Assembly: GCF_964355755.1 (NCBI RefSeq)
Contig: NC_092670.1
Coordinates: 22,616,795-22,680,794 of the forward strand
Length of the DNA stretch: 64,000 nucleotides
Direction of reading: 5' to 3'
From: Antedon mediterranea
Taxonomy: Eukaryota > Animalia > Echinodermata
Shown: one piece after another, positions 37,858 to 51,100 of the stretch
Position numbering within the stretch: position 1 is the stretch's first letter
Layout of the letters: each line of letters opens with the position of its first letter
Notes under the pieces: generated by a model
Databases searched by the model: none
The model's input: the letters and a program-made list of their open reading frames with translations, nothing else
What the model was told of the DNA's origin: nothing
Made by a program: the position numbers and the translations under genes

Positions 37858-40800
37858 ATGTTGTCAAGGTACAATATGTTTATTTTATACTTAGTTCTAG
37901 CTGTCTTAATGATGGTGACAGCTCAACAATATAAACCAACCTGGGATTCTCTCGATTCCAGGCCGCTACCGCCGTGGTACGATGAAGCAAAACTTGGAAT
38001 CTTTATTCACTGGGGTGTGTTTTCAGTACCTAGCTTTGGAAGTGAGTGGTTTTGGTGGAATTGGCAAGGTCTTCATAACCAAGAATATGTGGATTTTATG
38101 AAGAAAAATTACCCACCAGATTTTACATATCCAGACTTCGCCCCAATGTTCAAAGCAGAATTTTTTAATCCTCAAGAATGGGCAGAAATATTTCAGGCTT
38201 CTGGAGCAAAGTAAGTTTGTCAAAAAGATACAAAAGTGACAGCATTGATTAATTACCTATAAATATTATATTCGTAATGCTACAATTTAATATGGTGTGT
38301 TGGACACAATGTGTCGTAAATTATTCATCACCCATACAAAGAAAATAGTACTAGGCCTACAGCATAGCCTAAATTGATTTATAAATATTATTCTAAAAAT
38401 AAAATAAAAAATGTGTGTATTGATGAAATTAAATTTATATGTCATTTATGTACTAATTTTCATTCATATACTTTTTAATAGGAATATATTGTGTGTTTTT
38501 ATAGCCAAAATAATTTGAATAAATGATTAATTGCTGTGACTCAATTATTATGTAGAATTTTTAACATAACAGTAGCTTTTTTCTTCATATATGTAGATAT
38601 ATTGTTTTGACAAGCAAGCATCATGAAGGCTTCACAAACTGGCCATCTCACTACTCGTGGAATTGGAACGCTATGGACATTGGACCGCACAGGGACTTAG
38701 TAGGTAAAGTTACCAAAACGTAAAACCTATTTATGATTTAAGTTTTAGGGGTTAGCAATTGCAAAATATTATATTATGTTAATTGTTTGGTTAATTAATA
38801 ATGGTTTCAAATTTGTATAGCGCATAATACAAATAGTCTCTATGTGCTGTGGACTGGATGTTATATTTTTCAACTACATGCTTCTCCCCTAAGGGTCACG
38901 TCATGTCAGTGCATGTGTGTACACTGGACCTATGGTTTATAGTTCGTATCTGAGACTTGTTCTACTGTAACCCTCCAATACACAACAAGACATAACGTCC
39001 GATAGAGGGTGGCAGGTAGAGAGAGATATATCAACGATATATCATATGTTATACTACCACCAGAACAATGGAGCGAGTGAGTCTCGAACCCTTGCTGATG
39101 TTGTGGCTGCCAGCCACAACTGGATTACGGTTCCACTGTCTAAACTGCTCGGCCACTCACTCACTTATGTAAAATATTCAACCTTAGGAAAGCTTTCTTT
39201 TTCCTTGATTATGGAATTAATTTACCAGCAAAAATTGTGAAAAAATGTGATTGTTATATGATCTACCAGATATAAAATTTAAGGTGTTATTAATCTTTTT
39301 AATTACAGGAGAATTAGCTGGTGCTATCCGTCAAAATACCAGCATAAGATTTGGACTGTACCATTCTTTATTTGAATGGTTTAACCCGTTGTACATAAGT
39401 GATAAGAAAAACAAGTTTAAAACTAATGAATATGTTGAGGTTGGTCAAATTTGTGTTACTGTACTTAGTATTTTAGATATTGTTTTTTTTCTTATTTCAT
39501 ATGCACCCAACATCGAGTAACTCGCCAATTACAGGATTGATAAACTATTTTATAATTTATCATGCTTATAGTGTATAAAGTGACGTTACAAGAGTGTGAG
39601 TTACAACCCTGTACCAGGTTAGGATTGAATCCTGCACTAGGTCAGGATTGTACCCTGCACTAGGTCAGGATTGAACCCTGCACTAGGTCAGGATTGAACC
39701 CTGCACTAGGTCAGGATTGGACATTGGGATTGGAAGGCAAGCAATGTTATTGTTGCTACAACTCCACTCCACTGTTATTTATAATGGTAAGAAAAAAAAT
39801 AAGTGTATATATCTTAACCATCTATTCTCTTTGCCAGAAAATTTGTTTACCAGAATTGTATGAAATAATAAACAACTATAAACCGGATGTGTTATGGTCA
39901 GACGGAGACTGGGAACCAAGCTCATCCTACTGGAATAGTACCGGATTCCTGGCATGGCTATACAACGACAGGTAGGCCTTTAATATTCTTCAATTGTTCC
40001 CATACCGTTGGAATTCACAATATTGATATGATAGAGAAAACCACCTTGTCTTTAATAATGGCATGTTTCTGTCCTGTTTTTAGTCCAGTTAAGAACACTG
40101 TGGTGACCAATGACAGATGGGGAAGTGATGCCCTTTGTAAGCATGGAGGATATTACACATGTCAAGACAGGTATAATCCAGGTAAATGGGCTAAAAGGAG
40201 CCTAACATCAAAGCTGCTCGTGTTCTAGAAATTATCCACCCAACCATTTTTTATCCTACCCAACCATTCTTTCTGGTCAAAGGGGTGGGTGAGAGGTATG
40301 GTGCTCTTATTTAAGTGAGTATCAATACAAGGATGGATTCTAGGATAGAAGAATAGGACATCTTAAGGATATAATATTGACCCTATTCTTCTCCTAGAAT
40401 TCACCCTTTACTACTATATTATTTATTTTAAAGAGTCTAAATATAGAGTCTATATAATTTAGTAGAGTCCTTTCAATTAACATGGTTTATTTATGGATGT
40501 TATGTGAGTGAGTGGCCGAGCGGTTAAGACAGTGGAACCGTAATCACGTAGCCATAACATCGGCAGGGGTTCGAGGCTCACTCACTCCATGGTTCTGGTG
40601 GTAGAACGAGTCTTCTCGGATAAGGACTATAAACCGTAGGTCCAGTGTACACAACTTGCTCGTGTGCACTTTAAAGAACCTAGTACATCTTTCGAGACGA
40701 GTAGGGGGTTACCCCGGTGTATTAGTACATCACAGCCACTGATCACCAACTGAGCCCTCTGGGAGATCAGTCTTTGACTGAAGAGGTCACCCAGTATAAA

Positions 40801-42393
40801 GATAAAACAAACAAACAAACAAATTATAGGAACATTGGTGTGTCGTACGGGGTGAGATGCATAGTATCTCTGCCTTTAGTATTTCTTTATGGCCTATGTG
40901 ATTAGCAAGAGATCACTCTTCAACCAAAGCTTCCACAATACACCAATATCAATTTCTTTGTCATACAATATGATTAACACGGTTTATTTTTTATTTTCAG
41001 GTAAAGTTATCAATCATAAATGGGAGAATTGTATGACAATTGACAAGAAATCTTGGGGATATCGGCGCAATAGCCAACTTTCAGACTATCTAACAACTCA
41101 TGAGATTATATCAACATTAGCAGAAACAGTCAGGTAATTTATTATTGATGTACAGTAATACAAATGAATGTTAAGCTCTGTCTACACTATCAAACTGATA
41201 GTGAGTGAATGGCCGAGAGGTAATGACAGTGGAACATCGACAAGGGTTCGTGGCTCACTCGCTTCATACTTCTGGTGGTAGAACGAGTCTTCTCGGATAA
41301 GGACTATAAACCGTAGGTCCAGTGTACACATCTACAGTAGCTCATGTGCACTTTAAAGAACCTAGTACATCTTTCGCGACGAGTAGTGGGTTACCCCGGT
41401 GTACTAGTTCAAACACAGCCACTGTCACAAACTCATCATATATATATATATACTGGGCCCTCTGGGAGAACAGTCTTAAACTGAAGAGGACCCAGTATAA
41501 AGAATAAATAATAATTAACTAGTTTGCTAAATAAAGTGTGATGTGCCCAAATATGGTAGTGATATGCCCACATATAGTGTCCATATATGGGCACATCACA
41601 TAAAGTTTGATAGAGCTGTACAAATTGTCTCATGACCCTCGTGCCTTTCCAGGATTATGTAACATTATCTACTTTCTACATTTTAGTTGTGGTGGTAACT
41701 TATTAATAAATGTTGGACCAACTGCAGATGGACGTATTTTGCCGGTATTTGAGGAACGTCTCCGTGAGCTGGGTGATTGGATGAGGGTGAATGGGGAAGC
41801 AATCTATGGTACTAAGCCCTGGAGAGCTCAAAATGATACTTTGTCACCTTACGTCTGGTAAGATACTTTGGCTATAGTTCAGCCTGCTATTTATTCATTC
41901 ATTTTATTCTATCATATCTTTTAAAGATGTATTGTTCCCCCAAAAACATGAAAAATGATGATGCCTGTTTGCTGTTTATTCTACATCATATCTTTTAAGC
42001 TAGACAAACATTAAATCGACCAAATACAGTTCCAAAAATTACCATCTGCTTTCATCTACCCCCTTAAAACAAAAGCTCATTATTCTACCAATAATATCCA
42101 GCTATGAGTATACTCAACTCATCATTTGTTTGCACTTTTTATAATTTTCTTTTAGGTATACAAGTACAAAAGATGCAGTTTATGCGATTGTTCTAACCTG
42201 GCCTAAGTCTGGCAACGTGACTATTGCAGCACCTAGAGTGTCCCCTAATACGTCAGTCCAAATGCTAGGCTACCCTACCCCGCTGAAATGGACAGTCACC
42301 AACAATCATACAGCAATCATTTTGCCTGTTATAACCCCAGACAGCCTTCCTTGTAAATATGCTTGGGTATTGAAACTGCAGAATATTGCATAA
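37858..42393 (+). CDS. FUCA: Alpha-L-fucosidase (GH29, FUCA1/FUCA2 family), 8 exons, about 454 aa with signal peptide
   Basis: Exons 37858-38210, 38597-38703, 39309-39439, 39838-39971, 40084-40181, 41001-41133, 41687-41857, 42156-42393 total 1365 nt in frame. Motifs: [45 protein letters not shown] (nucleophile Asp), [25 protein letters not shown]. Confidence 0.96.
38905..39165 (-). mobile_element. Partial copy of the tRNA-head Deu/Nin-domain SINE
   Basis: Reverse complement of the 40505 head (gtgagtgagtggccgagcag...ggttcgagactcactcgctccat) and of taaaccataggtccagtgtacac. Confidence 0.7.
39615..39720. repeat. 23-bp minisatellite (taggtcaggattgaaccctgcac)
   Basis: About 4.5 tandem copies in a fucosidase intron. 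Confidence 0.8.
40505..40823 (+). mobile_element. Full-length tRNA-derived SINE with a Deu/Nin-like central domain and (AAAC)n tail
   Basis: A box tggccgagcggtt and B box ggttcgaggc. The core gtcttctcggataaggactataaaccgtaggtcc...taaagaacctagtacatctttcgagacgagtagggggttaccccggtg resembles my recollection of the AmnSINE/DeuSINE core. Confidence 0.8.
41174..41620 (+). mobile_element. Harbinger-type MITE interrupted by a second copy of the Deu/Nin SINE (about 41197-41520)
   Basis: agctctgtctacactatcaAACT | SINE | AACTagtttg...gtttgatagagct. Confidence 0.75.
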
Positions 42394-43038
42394 TGTGTAT
42401 GTGATGAAAGTTTGCTAGCCACACATGAAAAAATGAAATGAAGTAACATTTCCATGTTAGCAATGGCCACACAAAAAAAGTTACCAACATGCTTTGCATT
42501 AGCAAACAGCAAGTCAAGATTGTTGATATGAATTGTTTGATTATAGCAATATAGTAGAGATAATTACAGTATTCTAAGTTTAATAAGGAGGAGATTTATT
42601 ATTGTAGGAATTTCACCAAAGACTTGGCATATTATATGCAATAGTAGAACATGGATTAGTGGTATTCTTTAGAGTATATAATATAAAGGTCTATTATCTA
42701 TCATCTATTTAGGAAAATCATATGCATTTTAATGAAAGTCATTTTATATGTTTTACTGTATATACAATGTATAGACGGCGTGTCTTTTTAAAGGTCAACA
42801 ATAGTTTTCACAGTACTATGTGTAGCATAATTTGTTTTATTAAATTTATTTCTATTAATAATGTTGTAAGCTGGCATATTTGTTTGTTTGAGAGAAAACA
42901 CAGCATTCTATTATACTTCCTGAATGCAAGGAGATATGTAAGCGATGGGGGTAGGTGAGAAACTCCAGGAAAAGTGCCATTTATTCTGTCAATATTTCTT
43001 TCTAATTCTGTGACCGCACAATGATTTATTCTAATTAT

Positions 43039-43214
43039 CAATTCAATGGAATATGCATCTTTGACTCATTTATTGTATTTCTTTTAGACAAAAAAAGCGG
43101 TTAGCACGTACTATCAATATCGATTCGAAAATTGATAGTACCTGCTACCGCTTTTTTTGCCTAAAAGAAATACAATAAATTAGTCAAGAGAGAGATGCAT
43201 ATCCTATTGAATTG
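43039..43214. repeat. Near-perfect palindrome of about 176 bp (foldback MITE-like)
   Basis: caattcaatggaatatgcatc...tttattgtatttcttttag.caaaaaaagcggt...actatcaat / attgatagt...accgcttttttt.cctaaaagaaatacaataaa...gatgcatatcctattgaattg. Confidence 0.8.
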
Positions 43215-46200
43215 GTGGCGCTGTTCAAAAAATTACGGTCGGCGCGGAGAGGATAGGAAGAAAAGAATGAGTTAGTAATTACACATTTTTGTCGTATTAA
43301 ATGTTATTTTTTATACACTAGTTACACGATGTTAATAAATAATCAGCGTTACGCTGCTATACTACTGATATAACAATTATTTTGTCTGTTTTGTTACGTA
43401 AAATTAGCCTAGGCTGGCCTAAGCACGGCCGGTTTAAAATCATCCGACTTTTATAGCAATGACTTGATGCATTAACTGGTAAATTAAAGTCGTTTCGTCC
43501 TCTTCTTTTTCTTTAGTTCGAACAGGCCATGGAAGAAATTGAGATTTCATTCTTCCCTGGGCTTCAACTACTGTTATGTACACCTATGTAAGAACCCAGT
43601 TAGAACGTTATTTTCATAATAATGCGTATGGAACTTTTTGTAAATGTTATTGCAATTGTTAATATTGTTTCTATTTGGTTATCCGCACTTGGCGGATAAC
43701 CTCTTGTTATTGTCAGGATCTTTTTTTTTTTTTTTTGGTTATCCGCTCTTGGCGGATAACCCCTTGTTATTGTCAGGATCTTTTTTTTTTTTTTCTTTTT
43801 TTTCTATTTTCTTCTTTCTTTCCAAGAATTTTGTTGCACGCATATCTCTAATTCTGGCTAACATAAGATTGTAAAACTTTGTCATAAGATTGACCTATAT
43901 CTGTAGATGTGCAAGAAACTTAGATTTTTTATTTTCGAGTTGCGCAGCGTAGGTTACGCGCAATTTTATGAATTTCAATGATTGATCATAGATTAAAAAC
44001 CAAAAGTCATTTTGTATTGAAACTTGGTGAAAATTTAAGTCATATCAAGCTCAAACTTTCTATGGATTAAAAATGGCATGTTGCGCAAAACGTTACGCGT
44101 GCACGCGCGTTTAAAATTTTAAATTGCGAAAATTCAACTTCTAATCAACTTTCTACGCGTTTCATGTCATTTTGAGCTTTACAAAAATTCCCACGCGTGC
44201 GCAATTTTTTTACGCGCGCGTGCGCACGTAGCTCAAAAACAATTTTTTTTTGCTTGATTTTTGTTCTTCCAGCCTTTTCTAGTAATTTCACCAATTTTTA
44301 TACAATTTCGACTTAATATCACGTCATACGAGCACGTAGAAATTGACAATTTGCGCGCATTTTTGAAAAAAAAGTTCAGAAATTCGTCAAAATTATGCCT
44401 TTTTTTAAACAGTCATAAATTCTAAACTACGTGGTGAACTTTTTTTAAATTACATATTCTGGAAGTAGATGAGTTGTGTTTATCGAATTATGCATTAATA
44501 TGGCTAACCAAACATTATAACGTCATCGTATGGCCACTCAAATATAAAATATAGAATTTTTTTCTCTTTCGTCATAGCTTGTCACATTTAATAGAGCGCA
44601 TCTTTACTTATCCGTATTCCATTTCCCTCAATTTTTTTGTATTATCTAGGTCAATCAATTATCTTTTACATGATTTACCATTTTTTAAATTGTGATAACG
44701 TCATCATGTCCAAAAGCGTCAAAAACTTTGGTCACTTATTTTCACCTATTCTGAACTGTATGTAGTACGTATACAGTATAATAGTGTATACTGTATACTT
44801 AGACGTGACGCAAGCTAGAGAGCGCACTAAAAATTTTTCAATGGTATAAGCGTTTTTTCTGTGTGCAATATTCTAACGTATGACGTGCACGTGGCGTTTG
44901 CACTTCGGAAAACCTGAATCAAATTCGATTATTTTTGTCTTTTTTCTTTTTTTTTTCTGGTACGAGTGAAATTAAAAAATGCGCCAAATTAATTTCTATT
45001 TAATTTGCGTACATTTCAGGTCACTTTGAGCATTTCAAAATTATCTAAATTGTTTGCGGTTTGCGCACGCACTTGTACGCACAGCTCGTACAAAGCGTAG
45101 AAAAATTTTTTTTGCAATTGATTTTTTTGGTCATAGGCCTACGTTCACGATTTCTTTCATTTTCATGCATTTTTATTGCAAATTAACGATGCACTTGCAT
45201 GTTAAACTTTATAAATCGTGTGCTAAAGAATGGGTAATATAATACGAACTTGTGCAAAAATATACTTATTTTGATTCAGTTCTAGCTTCTTAGGATGGCA
45301 GGTTACCCATTTTTTTAAATGTATTATAGAAGCTAAATCAATTAATGTACAATTTGCACCTAAAGGATGTTCTGGCGTCACCATATGGCCACTCGAATTT
45401 TAATGATAGATTTTGTATTAGTTAATCCCATTTAATAGAGCGCATCGCGCTAATGCGTTTTAATGTTCTTGACAAATCAATTTTCTTTTACACATGAGTT
45501 AACAAAGTGACCCACGTGATTAAAACTTAAGGAAATTATTGAATTGTATATATGAAGTCTTATACAAATTTTGTCTATCTGATTTCATGACGTCATTATA
45601 TGGCCAGTTGAATTTAAAAAGTCAGATTTTCATCTCTTTCGTAAAAATTAATCGTGTTTAAAATAGAGCGCATCTCAAGTTAACGTTCCCAAAATTTTTC
45701 AAATTTGTATTAATGTAATTATTTAGATAATTAAATTATATAACATATACAGTGTATTCTGTAATATGCTGTCATAAAAATTTTCCTATGGGATGCTGCG
45801 AGGTGATGCTATGGGGTCATGCTATTAGGTCATGGTATGGCCAGTAATTGGAAAGGTAGGATTTTTATTTGTTTTTTGGCATAGTTCATCACATATTACG
45901 CATCTCAGTTGTACGTGCCAAATTTAATTATTATTATTTATATTATATTATTTAATTATGTTATCGTTGAGATGAAATATTTTCAGAAAATAAACATACT
46001 TTTATGTTTCATTTTGATGACATCAAACAATTTTTTCTCCCGTAATTTCAGTTCTAAACACAATAATATATTACAGTACAACTAGTTACAGAATTAATTA
46101 TGTGTGAATAATAATAGCAATTTATTGTCTCCTCTGGTCTATGTATTGATCCAATGGAATCTCAGTTACAGTGAAACTTACTCCAATAGATATAAAAGAT

Positions 46201-46689
46201 AAAATAGATAAAACTAATATCACCACACCATAACTGTTAAAAATAATCTTTTATTTCAAACAAATTGAAGAAAATTTACAATAAGTATAAAATAATTTAT
46301 ATGTATTTATAAAAGCTTTCATTGGTTATTGCAAATTGTACCAAATTGTCAACATATAGTAGCCTTTTTATACTATACAGTAGTTTATTTCGTGATCAGT
46401 AATTTTACTTTACATTATATACATGTTAGTTTGTCAGTTGTAGATTCATTACACTTTTATTTTTTGATTTATTTATAGAAGATTCTTATTTTTTTAACAA
46501 TCATTAATATAATTGATAATTTAATCATTTGCCGCGTTTAGACAATAGTTATGAAAGAGCGAATGACTGCATTACTGACTGCCTAAAAATCCGGATCCTA
46601 TTATAATTGAAGAGATGAAACCATTCTATTGAACACCTAAAAACCAAAACAAACAAATTTTTGCAAATGAGCAAATTTATTTTATTTAT

Positions 46690-47790
46690 TTATTTTATTT
46701 TATTCAGTTAACAACCAACAGCAATGAAACCGCCACTAACAGGTTGAATCTAAATTACTGTATTAGCATTGGTAATCGTATAAAACAAAACGTATTTTCT
46801 TCTTCTGTTAAATGTAACTTTATTTTTAACATTACTTGAATACCGGTAGACATAGCATATTCAAATTCAGAACAATATTTATAATAATATATCTCACTTA
46901 AAAACAAGATTAAAATGTATTTACTCACCAGATATTGTTTCTCCTATACAGGAGAATGACATGGCTTGAAGTTACAGATTATTCACTGCCACTCGTGCAT
47001 AGATAATAAATCGATTATTTTTGCAAATGAGTAAATTACTGTATTAGTAATTTAATGTGGTCCTGGATATATAGAAAAAATAATATAAAAAACAATTATA
47101 CAACTGAAATTATGTATAGACCTAATGAAGTATTGGCAATCGTATAACACAAAACGTATTTTCTTCTTCTGTAAAATGTAACTTTTTATTTTTAACATTA
47201 CTTAAATACCGGTAGATATTGAAAGATTATTATTTGCACAGATTGCAACATTACATATTCAAATTCAAAACAACATTTATAATAATATAACTCACTTAAA
47301 AACAAGATTAAAATGTGTTTACTCACCAGATATTGTTTCTCATATACAGGAGAATGACATGGGTTGAAGTTACAGATTATTCGCTGCCTCTCTTGCATAG
47401 ATAATAAATTGATTATTCTTCTTGCAAATGAGTAAATTACTGTATTAGTAATTTCATGTAGACCTGGATAGATAAAAAAAAAATAATATAAAAAACAATT
47501 ATACAACTGAAATTATGTATAGACCTAATGAAGTATTGGTAATCGTCTAAAAAAAAACTTTCTTCTTCAGTAAAATGTAACTTTCATTTTTAACATTACT
47601 TGAATACCGGAAATATTGAAAGATTATTATGTGCACAGATTTACAACATTGCATATTCAAATTCTGAACAATATTTATAATAATATAACTCACATAAAAA
47701 CAAGATTAAGATTAAGATTTCGCCTATACAGGAGAATGAAATGGGTTGAAGTTACAGATTATTCGCTGCCCCTCGTACATAGAGAGTCAA
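46690..47790. repeat. Diverged tandem triplication (about 365-400-bp unit) downstream of the Helentron ORF
   Basis: ttcttcttc.gt.aaatgtaacttt...taccgg and tacaggagaatga.atgg.ttgaagttacagattattc each occur three times. Confidence 0.8.
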
Positions 47791-48110
47791 ATGATTTTCA
47801 GCTTGTTTTTATCAAATTGGTTTTTTTTTTCTTGATTTGTTTCCAGTTTTGTTTTCAATTCTTAAAAAGTTTTTATAGTATTCTGCTGGATGATTTTCCT
47901 GTTTATTATATATTAATATATTTTTGACGTTCTTGACCACGCTTGCACATAATTATAGTGATAGGCCTAATAGTATTTCATTTTGGTTTTTCAGTTTTTC
48001 TCCATTTCATAATGTAAGAATGTAATGAACAAGTTGAAATAATAATGCTATGCAAGTTCAGTTTCTATTTACTAAAATATAATTCAAATACTTAAAAACC
48101 ATTGATGCAA

Positions 48111-51100
48111 TTAAAATTTAATTTGAATGGCTTCATGATAGCTATAATAAATTGGAATTACTTCAGCCTGTACTGAATCAAGACCTTTGCTATAAACATG
48201 ATCAATCAATGTATTGTTTTCAGTTGTAGAACATGTAACATGTTGTTTGTACTCATTCTCTGCCATTAAATTATTCACTCTGGAAGATTGTTTGAAAAGA
48301 TTTTCATTAAAATCACCCATTACAATACATTTTGTGCTCATTTTATGTAACTCTTCCAAATGTTTTCTCAAATTTTGACAGAATTGATTAATATCATAAC
48401 TTGGGGGTCGATAAATTACTGACACGGCAACAGAAATCGGACTTGTTATTAAAAATGAAACTGCTTCAATATCATTATTACATATGTTTAATCTGCTTGA
48501 GGACGTATTCTTTGCATACACTGCAACTCCACCATGAGCCTGATGTTTTATTTTGGAACTGAGATCATTTGTATTAGAATACGAATCATACCTTGCTTGG
48601 TGATACAATTTATACGGCTCAATGCGTACGTCAAAAAAATCATCATCCTTGTTTAACCATGTTTCAGTTAGACATATGATATTAGAATTCATAAACAAAT
48701 CATTACACTGAAGATCAACAAAATGTTGTTTAAGCCCTTGAATGTTATGTAACATTATTGAAAATCTAGAAGCCGAATCATGACCTTGTTTATCACATTG
48801 TACGTATGAATCCATATTATTTAAGCACTTTTTTATGTTTGGATCACAATAAATCAGACTAGGTTTAAAATTTTCAATAGTAAGTCCAGTTATTGAAGTA
48901 ACACGACTGAGGCCTACATATGCTTGACCATGCGTAAAAGTATCTTTAAGGCAAACCACTGCTTTATCCATTGTCATTCCTTGCACTTTATGAACTGTGC
49001 ATGCATATGCTAATTTGAGAGGAAATTGTTTTCGACTGTATTTTTTCCCCATAGATTCTTTAAACATTTCAATTGCCTGAATACCAATGTCATTATTGTC
49101 AAATTTTACTTTAATAGATACTGGTTCGGTGTTATGATCAGGTTTGACTATTTCATCAACATGTCCCATACATCCATTCGTTAAGCCTTTTTTAACATCT
49201 ACATTTTTAATCAACATCACTCTGGCATTAATTGCAATCCACAAATAGTTTAGTAAACTAGTTTGACGTGAATTCCGAGGTTTGTCACAATTTTTGCTCT
49301 GTTTCTTGCTATTTACTACACTATCTTCTGCTTTAATGCATACAATGTCTGTACAGGTTTTGTGCAACATTTTTTTATTCCATTCATCAACTTGTTTGTT
49401 GCGTGGGTAAATATGAACAGCATCTTCACATTCTTCACCTGTTTCACGTGATTTTAGAACTAATAAATCGTTATCAGACAAACAATCATGTTTTTCTTTT
49501 GTACGCAATTTGTTTAACAATAAAGCAAATTGTTTATCTTCTTTTTGCCTCATGATTTGATCTAACTGTACTTGCTTAAAGTTATCTATCCACAGTGAGC
49601 TTTCCAATGTGTCTTTATATAACGAACTGCCCATCACCGGGGGTAACTGATAAAAATCACCAACAGCAATTACTGAAATGTAACCAAATGGACTATCGTT
49701 GCGTACTTGTTTTATTTGCCTTAATCGTCCGTGGATATACCAAAGTAACCTTTGATTTACCATTGATATTTCATCTATAATAACAATTTGCAACTGGCCC
49801 AATTTATTACGAAGTGCACTTATTTTTTCTTCTCCAAGTGGTTGATACGGAAGTGAAATATTAATCGGGATAGACAAAGCGCTATGAATTGTTTGGCCTT
49901 TAATATTATATGCTGCGATTCCTGTAGGAGCTAATTTCAATATTGACAAATCATCGGGATTTTCCATAATCTTTCCAAGAATACGTGTCGCTTCATTATA
50001 AATACAATTTACCAAATGACTTTTTCCTGTACCAGCGCCTCCAGTTATGAAAGTGTAAAATGCTTCAGGTTTGTTACCATTAACTTTGTCTAAACACCAT
50101 TGTCTGGTCTTATAAAATATATGTTGTTGTTTTTCATTTAAAGATCGAATCATTTTGTTCAATTCTGGTCTTGGAATATTAGATGAATTAGACTCTAATT
50201 TAGATGTAGGATTTTTTTGAATTCCAAAATCTGGAATGAAAAATTCATCTTCTTCATCATCAACCTCTACATTTGGCTTTGGGTTGTCTAACCTTTCTTT
50301 TTCGCTTTCTGGACATAATAGGCTCCATGCATCTTCTTGTGGTCCAAATTTTGATAAACATTCCTGTGCTTCTTCAACATCATCAGCACTTTTTTCATAT
50401 TGTTCCCTGTTTCCATGAACTATTGACTTTACCGTTTGTAATTGACAGCCACATAATTTCACACATCCTTTCTCATGAAATTGTTCATACGTTTCAAAAT
50501 TTGGAGGTTTTAACTGTTCATCTTTTCGAAATGGTAGAAATAACTGAAGTATACTCAAAAAATATTTCTCAGGTGCTGTATCCATTGGAAACCGTGGGTA
50601 TCTTACTATAGCATTACTAGTTCGTGTTCTTTTTTGGATGAATCCCAACTGTTTTTTTAACTGAAATACATTCTTTTTTTGTTTGTTTCCTTTCATTTCT
50701 GATGAACTCAATATTCTATATTCTGAACAAAATTTTGCAAGGCACATTTTATTAAATTCAGAACTATTAGGTCGAGCTTTATATTTGTCGATCTTATTTG
50801 GCAACCATGCACTTACATCATCATCTTCTTTGTTTTTAATTACACTTAGTGGTAAACTCATTCTGACAGGGTTAGGTCCTACTGGGATAAATTCAACTTT
50901 CCTTGAACATTCTTTTAATCTTAAACTACAAACACGATAAATACTTTCTTGTGCAGACACTTCTCGATTATTCATATAAACATTACCAAGTTTTCGCAAA
51001 CTTTGCCTAGCATCTTCATTGCCTTCTTTTACTTCTGATGCTGCATGATTTAACAGTAAACCCATTTCACGTTCAGATTTTGACATATATCCTATAACGT

